A stretch of DNA of 64,000 bases from Lingula anatina. Its lineage: Eukaryota; Animalia; Brachiopoda. The notes under the pieces are model-generated. The model saw only the letters and a program-made list of their open reading frames with translations. It was not told the origin of the DNA and searched no databases. The stretch covers positions 44,246,788 to 44,310,787 of the forward strand of contig CM120640.1 of the NCBI GenBank assembly GCA_051362555.1, given 5' to 3'. The position numbers and the translations under genes were made by a program. Shown here piece by piece: positions 34,501 to 45,600 of the stretch (positions within the stretch are counted from its first letter, which is position 1; each line of letters opens with the position of its first letter).

Positions 34501-35462
34501 GTACCTTTAAAGGTCGCAAGCTTTGATTGTTGTTCAGTGAACAAGTTAAAATTTCTTCTCGTATGACACAAGTTCTATGAATGGATGAGCAAATGGATAT
34601 CTCTACTCACTGCAGGTAACAGAGGAGATGCTACGTGCCGTAATTACAGAGAAATTGCGAAGCAAAGATTACAACAAGATATCCAACATTTCAAACGGGC
34701 AAGATTGTCATCTCTGAAAACCACGGTCGGAATTTTCTGCAAGAAACTGTAATTACCGTAAGGGGAGTATCGAGTGGATAATTAACTCGGGAATTTCCAC
34801 CGAAGCAAAAGAAAAAGCGTTCCACAGTCTAACCCGAGAACGTGCTTGTTTGTTTTCAGAGCCGGTCAGGTGAAGCAATTTAATGTGATGTCACAAAGAA
34901 ACGATTTTGAGCGTAATCAACAGTGTGTAAGAAAAGCGAAAACTATATCACTGGGTAATGCACAATAATGTTCTACATCGTTTTTCATACCGATAGCATT
35001 TGCAATCTAGGAGCTGCCTTCGGGTTTTCTTTTCTCTGATCTTAATCCATTTTGTAAAATAAATTGGGTAATTTCGAGGCGCAGTTATCTTTATAACGAT
35101 CGGCTTGATGTCTTGACAGCCCCAACAGGCGCGTTTCGGCACCTGATCAAAGTTGTTTCTTTACACTTATCAACGATTCGGTAACTGCAAATTCACTCTG
35201 TCGGAAAAGTTATTGGCGACAGGTTCTCATTATTAATATTTTATCCTAAAAAGGGTTTTGTTCTAGGACGAGTCGTTTCCGGTATAAAAACATTATGCGT
35301 GGTTAAATATACGATGTTGCAATGTGGGGGTGTCAATGGAAATGGCACTGTTTAAGGTAAATGCAAGCTTGAGAAATAAATATTTACCTGGAAGATCGTC
35401 TTCTCCCGGCCTCACTTCTGGACATATAGCAGGGGTGCCAAGGCCAATCTCATTGAGGCTCT
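6778..35462 (-). CDS. COL9A1-like: FACIT-type collagen, collagen alpha-1(IX)-like (TSPN, acidic insert, 5 interrupted triple-helical domains); 5'-partial model, 40 exons, about 1275 aa
   Basis: Exons (all GT-AG, phases consistent): 35388-35462, 33727-33859, 31231-31453, 30851-31021, 30346-30417, 28647-29402, 28163-28276, 26786-26893, 25397-25450, 23859-23912, 23179-23232, 22725-22787, 22377-22436, 22172-22225, 21895-21957, 21426-21494, 21116-21163, 20742-20786, 20350-20403, 20072-20125, 19761-19814, 19580-19633, 19247-19300, 18485-18547, 16571-16624, 16226-16279, 15960-16004, 15612-15665, 15162-15215, 14795-14857, 14307-14378, 13795-13842, 13429-13482, 12774-12806, 12422-12568, 8747-8801, 8317-8418, 7826-7915, 7488-7565, 6778-7052. 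Many 45/54/63/108-bp Gly-X-Y exons. TSPN motifs ([46 protein letters not shown]) resemble recalled COL9A1 NC4; C-terminal KGP as in FACITs. Confidence 0.92.
8317..8801 (-). CDS. COL9A1-like: NC2 amphipathic helix exons ([29 protein letters not shown]) and start of COL1
   Basis: 55-bp exon 8747-8801 (phase 0 to 1) and 102-bp exon 8317-8418; pattern matches FACIT NC2 trimerisation segments. Confidence 0.88.
9444..9458 (-). CDS. Candidate in-frame 15-nt microexon (LEEVK) just before NC2
   Basis: gatttttgaacag|TTGGAAGAAGTAAAA|gtaagt; phase 0-0. Confidence 0.4.
10939..10953 (-). CDS. Candidate in-frame 15-nt microexon (AKDSQ), or start of an alternative terminal exon
   Basis: Strong acceptor ttttttatatttttcag|GCCAAAGATTCCCAG|gttgct, weak donor; read-through gives [20 protein letters not shown]. 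Confidence 0.3.
12422..28276 (-). CDS. COL9A1-like: Gly-X-Y exon cluster (COL5-COL2) with hinges [29 protein letters not shown] and [17 protein letters not shown]
   Basis: 29 phase-0 exons, many of 54 bp; a CEVVC cysteine pair precedes the first triplets (exon 28163-28276). Confidence 0.92.
14213..14234. repeat. Poly-C tract (poly-G on the transcribed strand), intronic
   Basis: Run of about 22 C. Confidence 0.9.
16497..16556. repeat. (CA)n microsatellite next to a splice donor
   Basis: Direct observation. Confidence 0.95.
17189..17203 (-). CDS. Candidate in-frame 15-nt microexon (VYHVQ) extending a non-collagenous hinge
   Basis: tgctttttgtatag|GTGTATCATGTTCAA|gtgggt; phase 0-0; gives ...LQGAM-VYHVQ-GPAGPP. 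Confidence 0.5.
21777..21868 (+). mobile_element. 5'-truncated RTE-clade LINE 3' end with (TGA)n tail and 17-bp TSD
   Basis: TSD TGTTATGTAAATGCTGG at 21760-21776 and 21869-21885. Insert reads (A)[25 protein letters not shown] then tgatgatga; the A.D+..W+....ALC C-terminus and microsatellite tail are typical of RTE/RTE-X elements. Confidence 0.85.
28647..29402 (-). CDS. COL9A1-like: 756-bp phase 0-0 exon: Thr/Pro-rich segment, (GD)n acidic tract and 29-aa Gly-rich repeats
   Basis: Acceptor ttctccttgtctcccgcatgtag|CGG, donor GAG|gtaatg; open for 252 codons (overlaps ORF 28506-29315); in frame with both neighbouring exons. Confidence 0.8.
28723..28985 (-). repeat. Coding 87-bp tandem repeat (about 3 units; GPNGEG.P.RGTL.GG..EGG.GTD.GPG)
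   Basis: Unit landmarks at 28975, 28888 and 28801 (87-bp spacing) and 28723 (78 bp, last unit shorter by 9 bp). Confidence 0.9.
30346..35462 (-). CDS. COL9A1-like: TSPN (thrombospondin N-terminal/LamG-like, NC4) domain exons of the collagen (5 exons)
   Basis: Spliced translation: [104 protein letters not shown]...[42 protein letters not shown]...[24 protein letters not shown]. Confidence 0.92.
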
Positions 35463-38400
35463 CTGAAATGGTGATAATACAGTGATAAAATTAATTCACA
35501 AAGGTGAAAGTGTCATAACGATGCACAAATAGTGTGCCAATATGTTAAATGTTATGTCAGCTCGTATGACCAAAATAGTGGTGCCACTTCATATACACTG
35601 AAGATGTATACAGTTAAGCAGCTCATACATGTGTATTGGTAAAAACTTAAGAATCATAACCGTAAGTAGAACAACATGAGATATAACAAAACATGTTAAA
35701 TGCACACATTTCATTTCAAAATAACTGGCAATTACTTAAATCACCAGAGATGACAAAATGGAAGTCTCCAACTAATACGAAGATATCCACAATACCAAAA
35801 TGAGAGTAAAAACAATGTATGACCATCACGTACTGAGGACTTCAAAGGCTCTTTGAGAAAACGAAGCGGTAACTTGATGAGGTTCGAAACATGGATGTGG
35901 TTGACTTGGTAGCAAAGAAATTTGTATTTTACCCCAATCGACGTAAACCAAATCCCACTTTAGAGAGCAGAGCACTGCAGAAACAGATGGCAATGTCATG
36001 AGAGAGTATCGGTTGCTTTGTTGGCATCGGCTTGATGAAAGTAACAACCATTCTGTCAGATTTCATTTCTTTGGATGCTTTAATGATTTTATTATATAAT
36101 TACGTTTTTATACCCTGTTTATAGAAACAAGAATTTAGGGAATGTTCTCATACAACTGCAATGCGAATGCTCATTTCGAATTGCAAAAAATGGAGTGGTG
36201 TTACACGGCCCCCAACTTGGTTGTAAGGGTCGGATTCCACCGGTATCAATCTTCAAAGGCTGGAAATCATAAGCAAACAGATGTAGAAAGGTGTCTGTGA
36301 AGCGTTCTCATGTATATGCAAAGTACATGCATCTTATCAAAAAAGAGTAACTTGTGTGATTAGAATCTGCGCTCTAAGAGGAAATTAAAAGGTTTGAACG
36401 TAGGTTGTAAGTTCGATATTCACATAATATTTTACATATAATCTGACATTTTAAATGTTATATATCTATTGAAACATTCAAAGCTCTTTTATTTTGACAT
36501 CGGGGCTGTCCTACGAGTCAAATACACACTTATATCTGTGGTAAGCATCACGTAGGAACATGTTAGGGGCGGGAGTGCTTGTAAAGTGAGGAAGAAATAC
36601 CCAAGAATTACGACTTGATTTCGTGACCCGAGGAGCCTTTTGATTTACTGAAAACCCACATGAACCGCTGCCTGGGCAACAGCAAAGAAATACACGGAAC
36701 ACGTTGCAGTTCACAGCCAAAGCAACTACAGTTAATGGACATTTTCGACATCATTCTCATCCTATTTGTGGTTCAAATAATTGAACATTCTGAAATTGTT
36801 AATTTGCCTGTGTTTTTCCTAGAAACACACTGTACGGGACACTCGTAATTATCATGTTTTAAAAGAACATTTTACCTAATATCATTTTGAAAGTTAACCT
36901 TTTTTCTTAAGAAAATAGTGCTATGTTATGAATTTATACACCCTAAAGGCAGATCAAGTATTTACAATTTAATATTGTGGCTTCGCGGAGAATGAAGCAT
37001 TATTTGAATGCCATCTTTTTCGATACCGCTCTCTTGTTATCCTGTAATCAAGTTAAAAAGTGAATTATTATCAGCATCATTTCTTTTTATTTGGTCAATA
37101 TTTCGTGTGCATTGCCAGGTTGAGAGTTTGGGAAAAATTAACTGTTATAACCCCAGTGGAAAATTGCGTCGCAATCTGTGGTCTTATGAAATGTGGGTGG
37201 ACGTTGCTTAACAAACCGGAACCTCATCAGGCAGCGTGGGTAGCCATGTACCCCGGACTGACAGAAAACATCAAAGCCAGTTACCTAAAATACGCTCATG
37301 ATCGAAAAAACAAATCTGTATCTTAGGAAATACACAACTGGTGCTGACCTTAATTTTCCAACAACAGACGCGACTCTTAACCCTTAGAAAAGATCAAAGT
37401 GATGATAGCATATTGGATAACATCGCTCCTGAGAGTCTTAACCCTTTCCTAGGATCCAGCAAGAGGTCACATTTACAGCCACGCTGGATATTACACAGCT
37501 GAATACTTCTGCTAAGTGCCAGACTTTGCCTGCGAGATATTGGCACAAAGGACCCAAGGTTGTTATAAGCATCAAAATTTGAAAGTTAAAAATGTGAACT
37601 TGTCCCCTCAACATTTTACAACTTCCTTACTATGTCACCTCCTGACATTGGTTGCGGTTCTATATTACCAACAGGTGTTTGAGGCGAGAACTGCATATCA
37701 GCCTCCACGATGGAACTTTTTCATGGAATACTTACACAGTTTGAATCAATAAACCAATCATCTGGTGTAAAACATCGCTCTGAGTGAAAGGACCACAGCC
37801 GGGCGAGCAAAATAACCAGAAAACGTGGTTTGATTAACAGAAACGTTGGTAGCAAATCATTTCCTCTCCCATCGGCGGTCTATCACGCACTTTGCCGAGG
37901 CGGCGATTAAGTGTCAACAGTGTTTGAGGGGGTCCTTTAATTTGCCCCTGTCTCTTGCAGTAACCTCATCATTTTTTTGTAGGTCATACGGTGCGTGAGT
38001 GTTTATCTTCCAGGGGGACAGTTATTCTAATAAACGAGCTTTTACGAACAATATGTCAGTAATATATTTCAACTGTATTACAATCTTTATGTTAGATTGA
38101 TAAGCGAATTTAGCGTACTATTTACATGCGAGAGACTGCCATTAATGCCATACAGTATGATCTTGTTTTCACAAGAGAGTCACTGAAATACATCGTAGTC
38201 GCACCTCCCTAGCCCAGGCCTTGACTGACAAATAATGTAAAGAAGAATTCCAGGGCCATCCTCTTGGCATGTGATTTCAGTTACGATCACTTGTAGTTGG
38301 TATATCAGTTTACATCTTAACGTATAATCCGTTGCGGAACACTGCGTTTAATATTCAATAACGAAACGTATATGCACATATGAATATAACGGGTAGACCA

Positions 38401-38709
38401 CCCAACGAGTGTCAATATTTTCCTTGAATAGATTTATGGTTGATAATGTTGACTGTCACATCAAACGTCGATTATTGTCTTGATTTGGGCTACACAGTTA
38501 TGCGGGAGTCATAATCAAATTTGGTATCAAATTATTTCTCTCTACTTAAAGTGTCGTTGCTACAACTGCATCAAACAATAATTCAAAAATCTCTATTACA
38601 ATTTTCAATCATTATAACAATTTTAAAGTACATTTCAACGGATTGAGTCAAAACTCGGACTGGTGGTTAGGTTATATGTCACTTTTCCTCACCCTCTCTC
38701 CCGCCAGCC

Positions 38710-38710
<1 letters not shown>

Positions 38711-38766
<56 letters not shown>

Positions 38767-38778
38767 TCACACACACAG
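38711..38778. repeat. Compound (CT)n(CA)n microsatellite
   Basis: Direct observation. Confidence 0.95.
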
Positions 38779-41700
38779 ACACTTTTCTTTGCATGTCTAT
38801 ACCATTTCATCATTTTTCAATGAATCTCATTGTTTGTATTGGGTATATTTCTTTTTTATTCAAACGCCAAATGTACACTGTCGCAGTAATGTTAATGTCA
38901 GGGACATGGTGGGTGTCATTCAATACCACTGGGCTCCTCTCCGTTTCGTAATTAACTTTACGGATTAATCAACTCGCCAAATGAAAAACTAAACGGCAAG
39001 CATTTTGGATGATATACATATCAATTGCATGGCGATCGCTTTAGTCTAGACTTACGCCAAATTTGAAATAAAAAAATAATGCTTAGTCCAAATCAGACTT
39101 ATTTTATAACAGTACATTTCTTTCTTTTCAAATGCCTTGCTCAAGTAATCATATCCTAGCTGCTTCGTTTAAAAACTCCTCTCAAAGTTTGCCAATTCTT
39201 TCTATTCTTAGATACTAATTCTACAGTTATTTGTCTTATATTATCGGTACAGCTCATCTGGAGAAACTTCAAGGCTACCTTAATCCGGTCATCTTAATTG
39301 TATTGATTGGAAGCCCTTTGAAGTTCGGACCTGTCGTTAGTAATACCTGTAAGATCTTTCAATGCTATCTTGTCAACATTATTAGTAAAGTGAACGTGGC
39401 AGTTGTAAGGGTAGCAGTGTAAGCTTCAGTAAACCTGCACTGCAGCTTGTCGCAATGAAAATGGCAATAAAAAGGTGTACAACACGTAAAGGCAGTCGTA
39501 TATTTTAGAAGATGGAACAAGAAGGAAAAAATGAAAAGTGGAAGAATATGTATTTGTTTCACAACTGCAGGCAAATAAGGTGTAAGGTGCAGAACCGCCC
39601 CAGCCTCCCCCCGTGTCACGCCCAATGGTGACTTCACAAATATGGAATATTGATACAACTGTCTCATTGCAATGACGCAAGGGTACAAACGATTCCAGTG
39701 TAGAATTTCAAGAACCCACGCCTTGAAGTCTGCTATTAAGTATGGAAGCCTCTTCGAAACAGCGTTCTCCTGCGTCACTGATGTAGCTACAGCAGGAACA
39801 AAGTTTCTTTTCCGCTTCCATCCAACGCCTAATTTTAATGTTTATTTCTGACACCTATGAGCCAACACCCGCAGTGTTACACTTGTACTACTAGAGAGCC
39901 ACGGCGGGTGTAAACCATGAAGGGGATCATTACATCAACACTTAGGATGTGCAAGTTACCTTGTCAAAACATAACACCTCCATCAAACAAATTACCGAAA
40001 GTTGATAACCATTTCTTGCTTTCTTTTTTTCATTGAAGTGTGTTAATGCTGGATATACTGAATTTGGTTGCATTCATATTTCAAAACAAGAGCAAAGATC
40101 GAACAAAAGCAATGTTAACTCTATAAAAACATAGTAAAGATTTGATAAGTTGTAAAAACAACAGCATAATTTACTTACATACTTACAGCTTATGTAAACG
40201 CCCGTTAAACGGTCGCATAAAACGATAAGTATGAGTATGCTCGCATTTAATCTTATGGGGAAGTAATAAAATAGTACACTCTGATTCACGGCGGCTGTAT
40301 ATTTTTGTTTGAGCATTATTGCCTATTGTAACTGGCGGTAATATTGTCACCTAGAGAGTAAGTACTCAAGACAGAGTGTAATCGCTTTGCAACTGGCAAT
40401 TTATCTTCTTGAAAAACCCTTTAGTACCAATATCAAATGACATGCCTAACAATTCTTAAAAACTATTAATTGGCATCAAACACACTGTGAAGGTGAAAAA
40501 CTCGAAATTTTATTTCTTTTTCCTTTTTTGCACGCCAGTCGTTGGTAACATGCGTATAAATATGGAGGGTTTTCCAGTGCAAAGCAAGTGCACAAAAAAA
40601 CTTCAAAGCACGATTCCATTTTTCACCTGAAGTGGGCAATGAACTTGGGATACGTTTCGATATATTTCTCTGGGCAGTTGAACCCAGATCAAAGAAGTCC
40701 GGGCAAAACGATCAATAATGAGAGAGAAGGGGGTAAAAGTGGAATGCAAACTACCCTTGAGGAACAGTGGCGATACTAGCACCAGTGTTGTGAGGCCATT
40801 GCCGATTAAAACACTAATTGAAGCAAAAGCAATTACAGCAATTTTCTGAGGCAGCTTTAGGTTCATTTCTTCACGTACAAATATCGCGATGAATAGCACG
40901 GAGGCAACACGGCAACCATGCCTTCTCTGACATGTGAAAAGCAAATGTTTTTCTAACAAAGAATTGACCCATACTGTACGTAACTGTTTTTCACAAGGTT
41001 TGGCATTCAATGTTGGCACTGATTGCTTCAAGAAGTAAAGTAACATATGCTCAGGTCTTCTATCTCTCGTTAACACAGTGCGCTTCAGGTTTACTAAGCA
41101 CTTTTAACAAACCAAAAAGTCTTTCCAACTATCCCATATAAAGACATTACAAAATCCTCGTCCATTTAAACTCAAAACAACGACGTTTGCGTAACTTTTT
41201 ATGACTCACTAGGCACCATGTGAACCATTGCTGAATTGGCGATATATTGTAACCCTTGCTCCACTGTTTTAGACCTCAGTGCACGACGCTTACCATGAGC
41301 CTCCAGAACATGTACACTACAAGGGGTATTGGATTTTACAAACGGTCTACATTTACTGGCAGATGCACGCAGTTGATTTATCGTAATATACCGTGCTATA
41401 GTGTTTCCGCTTCTGTGATGCAGATAGAGAATTTCTGACAGAAACTTGACTAATGGTAAAGCCAGAAATCTGGGCCTACGCGAAATGCTTCTGTTTCTTA
41501 TTAACTCAGAAGTTGGGTTTTTTACGCTGAAGAAATGTTAGATATTCGGAGTTCCCGATCAAAGGAAGATGAGAGAGGTGCCATATAGTAAAGGTGCATC
41601 ACCCGTGAATTCTAAGGGGGTTTCTTTTAAGATAAGGTTTCGAAATGTGCACTTAAGGCAGCAGAGGGTAACTAATGTGAATGGTTTATGGAGTGTTTCT

Positions 41701-42069
41701 TTCAAGGAAAAGGGCATATCTGGAAGACTTAAAGACAAGTTTAGGTGGTTGTATGCTTTACAATCAAATAACTTTACTAATGATCCATCGTTATTTCAAG
41801 TCATTCAAAACCCATATCGTACCTTGTAATTCTTGGGTATGCCTCAGGAAAACCTGAATTCTATTTAGTGAGAACCTAACTGAAAGTACTTTAAAGTCAA
41901 TGTACAGTTCTTAAGCTTCAGGAATGAGAAACATTTGAATCCCATTTTATGAGTTAATGAGCGTATAAGAAAGGTGCCATGCCAGATGCTGTAATTTACT
42001 CCCAACGTTTTCTTTCTTGCGTACACATTGCTCCACCTATTTCGATATCTGCAGTACCATATCAGTTCC

Positions 42070-42167
42070 ACCCTGAGTTTCAAAGTCTGTCTCTAGTATC
42101 AACATACTACGTCCTTATGCTGGGTAGATGGAGCTACAGTCAGTGGGCTTACTTTGAACCTCAGGGT
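42070..42167. mobile_element. Small MITE-like inverted repeat (98 bp)
   Basis: ACCCTGAGTTTCAAAGT (42070-42086) vs ACTTTGAACCTCAGGGT (42151-42167): 16 of 17 complementary; no clear TSD. Confidence 0.5.
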
Positions 42168-42292
42168 ATATCATTACCAAATCCAACATATTCAGCATAC
42201 GCTTATACAATGTAGTCTACTCTTTAGCATCCTTGAATTAGCAAAAGCTTTAGAAACAACTAAAGTAGAATTCCAATACATGGGATGTTTAA

Positions 42293-42605
42293 AGGGATAA
42301 CAACTCTTTGTATGAGTTCTACTGTATATTTCACAATAAAAATATTGTCAACAACTCATAGAAATAAAATATATTCTATTTTACCACAAAAAAGGCACTT
42401 ATAGCAATTATTCTGAAACCTGTGCTTGTCATCAGAACACGTGACCCCCATAGATGGCTATTCTCTGCAGATTCTCTAAAAAAATTAGAAAAAAACAAGG
42501 GACTAACTTTGAATTCATTAACCATTGGTAAGTATGGGAAAACTGTTGTTTACCCATGAAACCAGGAAAGTTCTTTTTTGACCAAAATAAACAGTTGTTA
42601 TCCCT
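42293..42605 (+). mobile_element. TTAA-flanked MITE (Kolobok-like), copy 2
   Basis: ttaa|AGGGATAACAACT...AGTTGTTATCCCT|ttaa (TSDs 42289-42292 and 42606-42609); perfect 13-bp TIR; homologous to 1777-2113. Confidence 0.9.
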
Positions 42606-45600
42606 TTAAGGTCAAGGTCACAGACCCGTCTTTGAAGGGTTAATGGTTGAACAACTAAATAGGACGTTTATTTTGAAAGTAAAGTCCTTTGGATACAGAT
42701 AGCAGGTACGAAATGTAGCCATAGCTATTTGAACAGTGTTCCCTATTATGTTGATTGATATTAATTCTTGTGGGTTTTGAAGACATTTTCAACTAAACCT
42801 TTAAAACTGTTATCTGCCCTTAACTCCATACTCAGAAAGCCGGCAAACTCCTTCGGGTAACACATGTATAGTGCAACATGGCTACACTTAAATCTCTCCT
42901 TCAATCTGTCGACGAAGCAGTCGACGAGGTATTTATAAGGCCATTTTTAGAGCCAGTGCACCAAAGTTATCATGTTTTGTCTGTCGATGCACCCTGGCTC
43001 TGACAACCTTGTGTGCTGTTTGTAAGTCTATAGGTAAGGGGCATGGTGTTTGACACAAATATGTTCAGCTCCCACGAAGTATCACTAAAGGCAGTTTGAA
43101 AGACATTGCTATTAATACGGCAGAGGTTGAATCAACGAAAAACGCCACACGCTGTGACAGGCGTTATGCTTTATTTTGTAATTGTTGAAACTGTATTTTT
43201 ATCCGTTTCTATGGCAATCACATTCTGTGTAAAACAATACTACTAGCGCAAGGGCTGATGAAATCAAATTAAGATATCCATGCAAGTCTGTATTACATTT
43301 GGCTCACGCTTTTTTAGCCATTAGTCTATTGTTGTACAATCTATATTGAAGTGAACTTGCACACATCGTTGTATGAGGTATGCGAAGAGGTTAGATAGAG
43401 TGCAGAATCAGTTAGTCCGGGGTTAAGACTGCTATTTCAGTCTCACTTGTTGCATACGGGGCCGTAATCAAAAATGATTTGATCCAGAGGAAATGACATT
43501 CTCTAGTCTGCCAAACGAAAGGGCAGCTTGTTGGAAGACGCCAGAAACGATCTAAGTCTTGCTGTAGGGTGAAAGCGCATGTCAGAATAGTTATGTTGAC
43601 ATATTTCTGCACCGCTATTCTTGTATTCTTCATGGCTAATTTATAGACGAACTCCCTATCTAATTCAATAAAGAAACAAAGAACTTCTGTCTCGGCTGGA
43701 AGGGTATTACTCAAAGCCTCATTACTTAAACAAAACACCGGATTTTTTTATCAGGGCGTCGCCAATGAGGCTGAGAATGTCACCAAATCAAACAAAAATA
43801 GAAACGAGTTTAAAATACATGTATCAAGTCTACCATCTCTATTTCTCTATCCCTTTGCATCCTATGTTTCCTATGTTCATGTCATTTATTAACCTATATT
43901 TGGGATTTTGAATTTCTAACAACATCCCTTTTTGGCATCAGTAAACTCCTTATTGCTTAACCGGTCAAAATGAGTAAACGTATGAGTTGTACTTTCACGA
44001 CACAGAAACACACATCGTCAAATTGCACCGTCTGGCTTGTTGTGATAATTCACTTAATTAGCAGGCACACCTTTCGGGTATGTACCTTTTAACTGACATT
44101 GCCCGCGTTCAGCGAGCCTGTTGCGTTCGTTTTCTGTCTTCTACCTGCAATGCAGAGAATTGCTTTTAGACGGGAATTATCGTTTTTACAGGCTAAATGT
44201 AACCTAGTCAAAACAGCATCGGACTGTGTATGTCTGTGGTTACGTCAGGTTTAAGAAACAACCAAAAGCGATTTGTGGTTCTTTCTTCCGTAATTCCCAA
44301 AGGATATATTTTATGACTGTTTCACTATATGGATATAGCTTTGGCATGGGTTATGAAGGTTGCCCCATCTAGTCCATTTCCAACGATTACGTGTTTGAAA
44401 TTGAAGATAACGAATGTTGAGCGGTTGGTTTTGGTGTTAAGCAGTTGTATAATGTCGCTATTGCACTTATTCTGCACTATTTACTGGCAAAGATTTTAAA
44501 ATGATGGTTCTGATGGCACCCTGGTGATGAAAAACACCAAAACCATCATGAGTCGACTCATTTAGGATGGAGTCATATTAAAACCGTCTAATGAAATAAA
44601 GTAAAATGTGTCTGGATTCCTCTTTAAACATTTAGGAAGCACATGTTCAAGTTATGTTTTGAGGATGTGGGGAATACTCAGGGAAACCTTTTAAGTGCTC
44701 CGTCTGAAACTTCTCAATGGCTACCACGTTTCTGGCAATGCCGCCTTATGAAGCATTTGAAAGGAAGGTTGGCACTAGTTAATCTATCAACAGATATAGG
44801 AACTATAAAGCTTAAACACCTCATTTTAAAAACCATGTGCAGCAGCTCGTTCTTAATGAAAAACATGCACCTCCTTTTCACAGCTGTACTGTGGAATTTT
44901 TGCAAAACCACAATGGATACCTGCATTGGCAGCCAGGTAAGGTCAGCGCAGCTGTGATACAAACAGGTCCCTAACTACATTTCATTATCTTTGTGATCCA
45001 TCTACTTGGGGGGAATTCATGAATTAATCAATTAGCCTGAATTAGAACAAGGTGTCCTGCCCAATAGTTCTTTTTCGTATACTCTCTCTCTCTCTCTCTC
45101 TCATTCAAGCTTTGTCTACTTACGTGGCTCGACCGTTTGAAGGAGAAGTGTTGTCACTAATATAAGTAATCGAACCATTGTCTATCTGAAAGAAAAAAGG
45201 AACAAGTTAGATTTGTAAATAAGTAATCCCTGAAATAATAAATTTCAAAAGGCAAAGTAGGGTATTGCAACATATTCGAACCATAAAACTAGCATGCCAT
45301 CTGGAATTCTAAATCGGGACACTTTAACAGCCTAAACACAGCCTAAACACAAGTCTTTTTTAGCACTTGATCTTCACGGCCAAGCAAACATTGAGCCCGT
45401 GTGTGTATAATAAGCAATTCAAAACGAAGACCCCTACTTCTGCTTGCGGCCTCAACGCAAACGAGAACACACTACCATGTGGCACGGCTCAGCTTTCGGT
45501 TCGGCCCCCTGTTTCCCCTGCAAGGCAAATTGGCCATTTAACTAGATGAATGGGGTATGTAATTTATCAATCACTTAATTGATTCTTCCCAAATAGCCAG

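Noticed and set aside
34611-34713. Exon-like segment with good acceptor and donor between TSPN exons
   Set aside because: Stops in all three frames, and the flanking exons already join in phase.
40603-41076. 157-aa ORF with hydrophobic stretches as possible signal-peptide exon
   Set aside because: No phase-1 donor found after the hydrophobic segments; non-ATG start; no family resemblance.
44680-44974. Possible MITE with AGGGA..TCCCT ends; similar weak end pairs at 26928-27074 and 32700-32863
   Set aside because: Terminal matches are too short or gapped and TSDs unclear; needs a genome-wide copy search.
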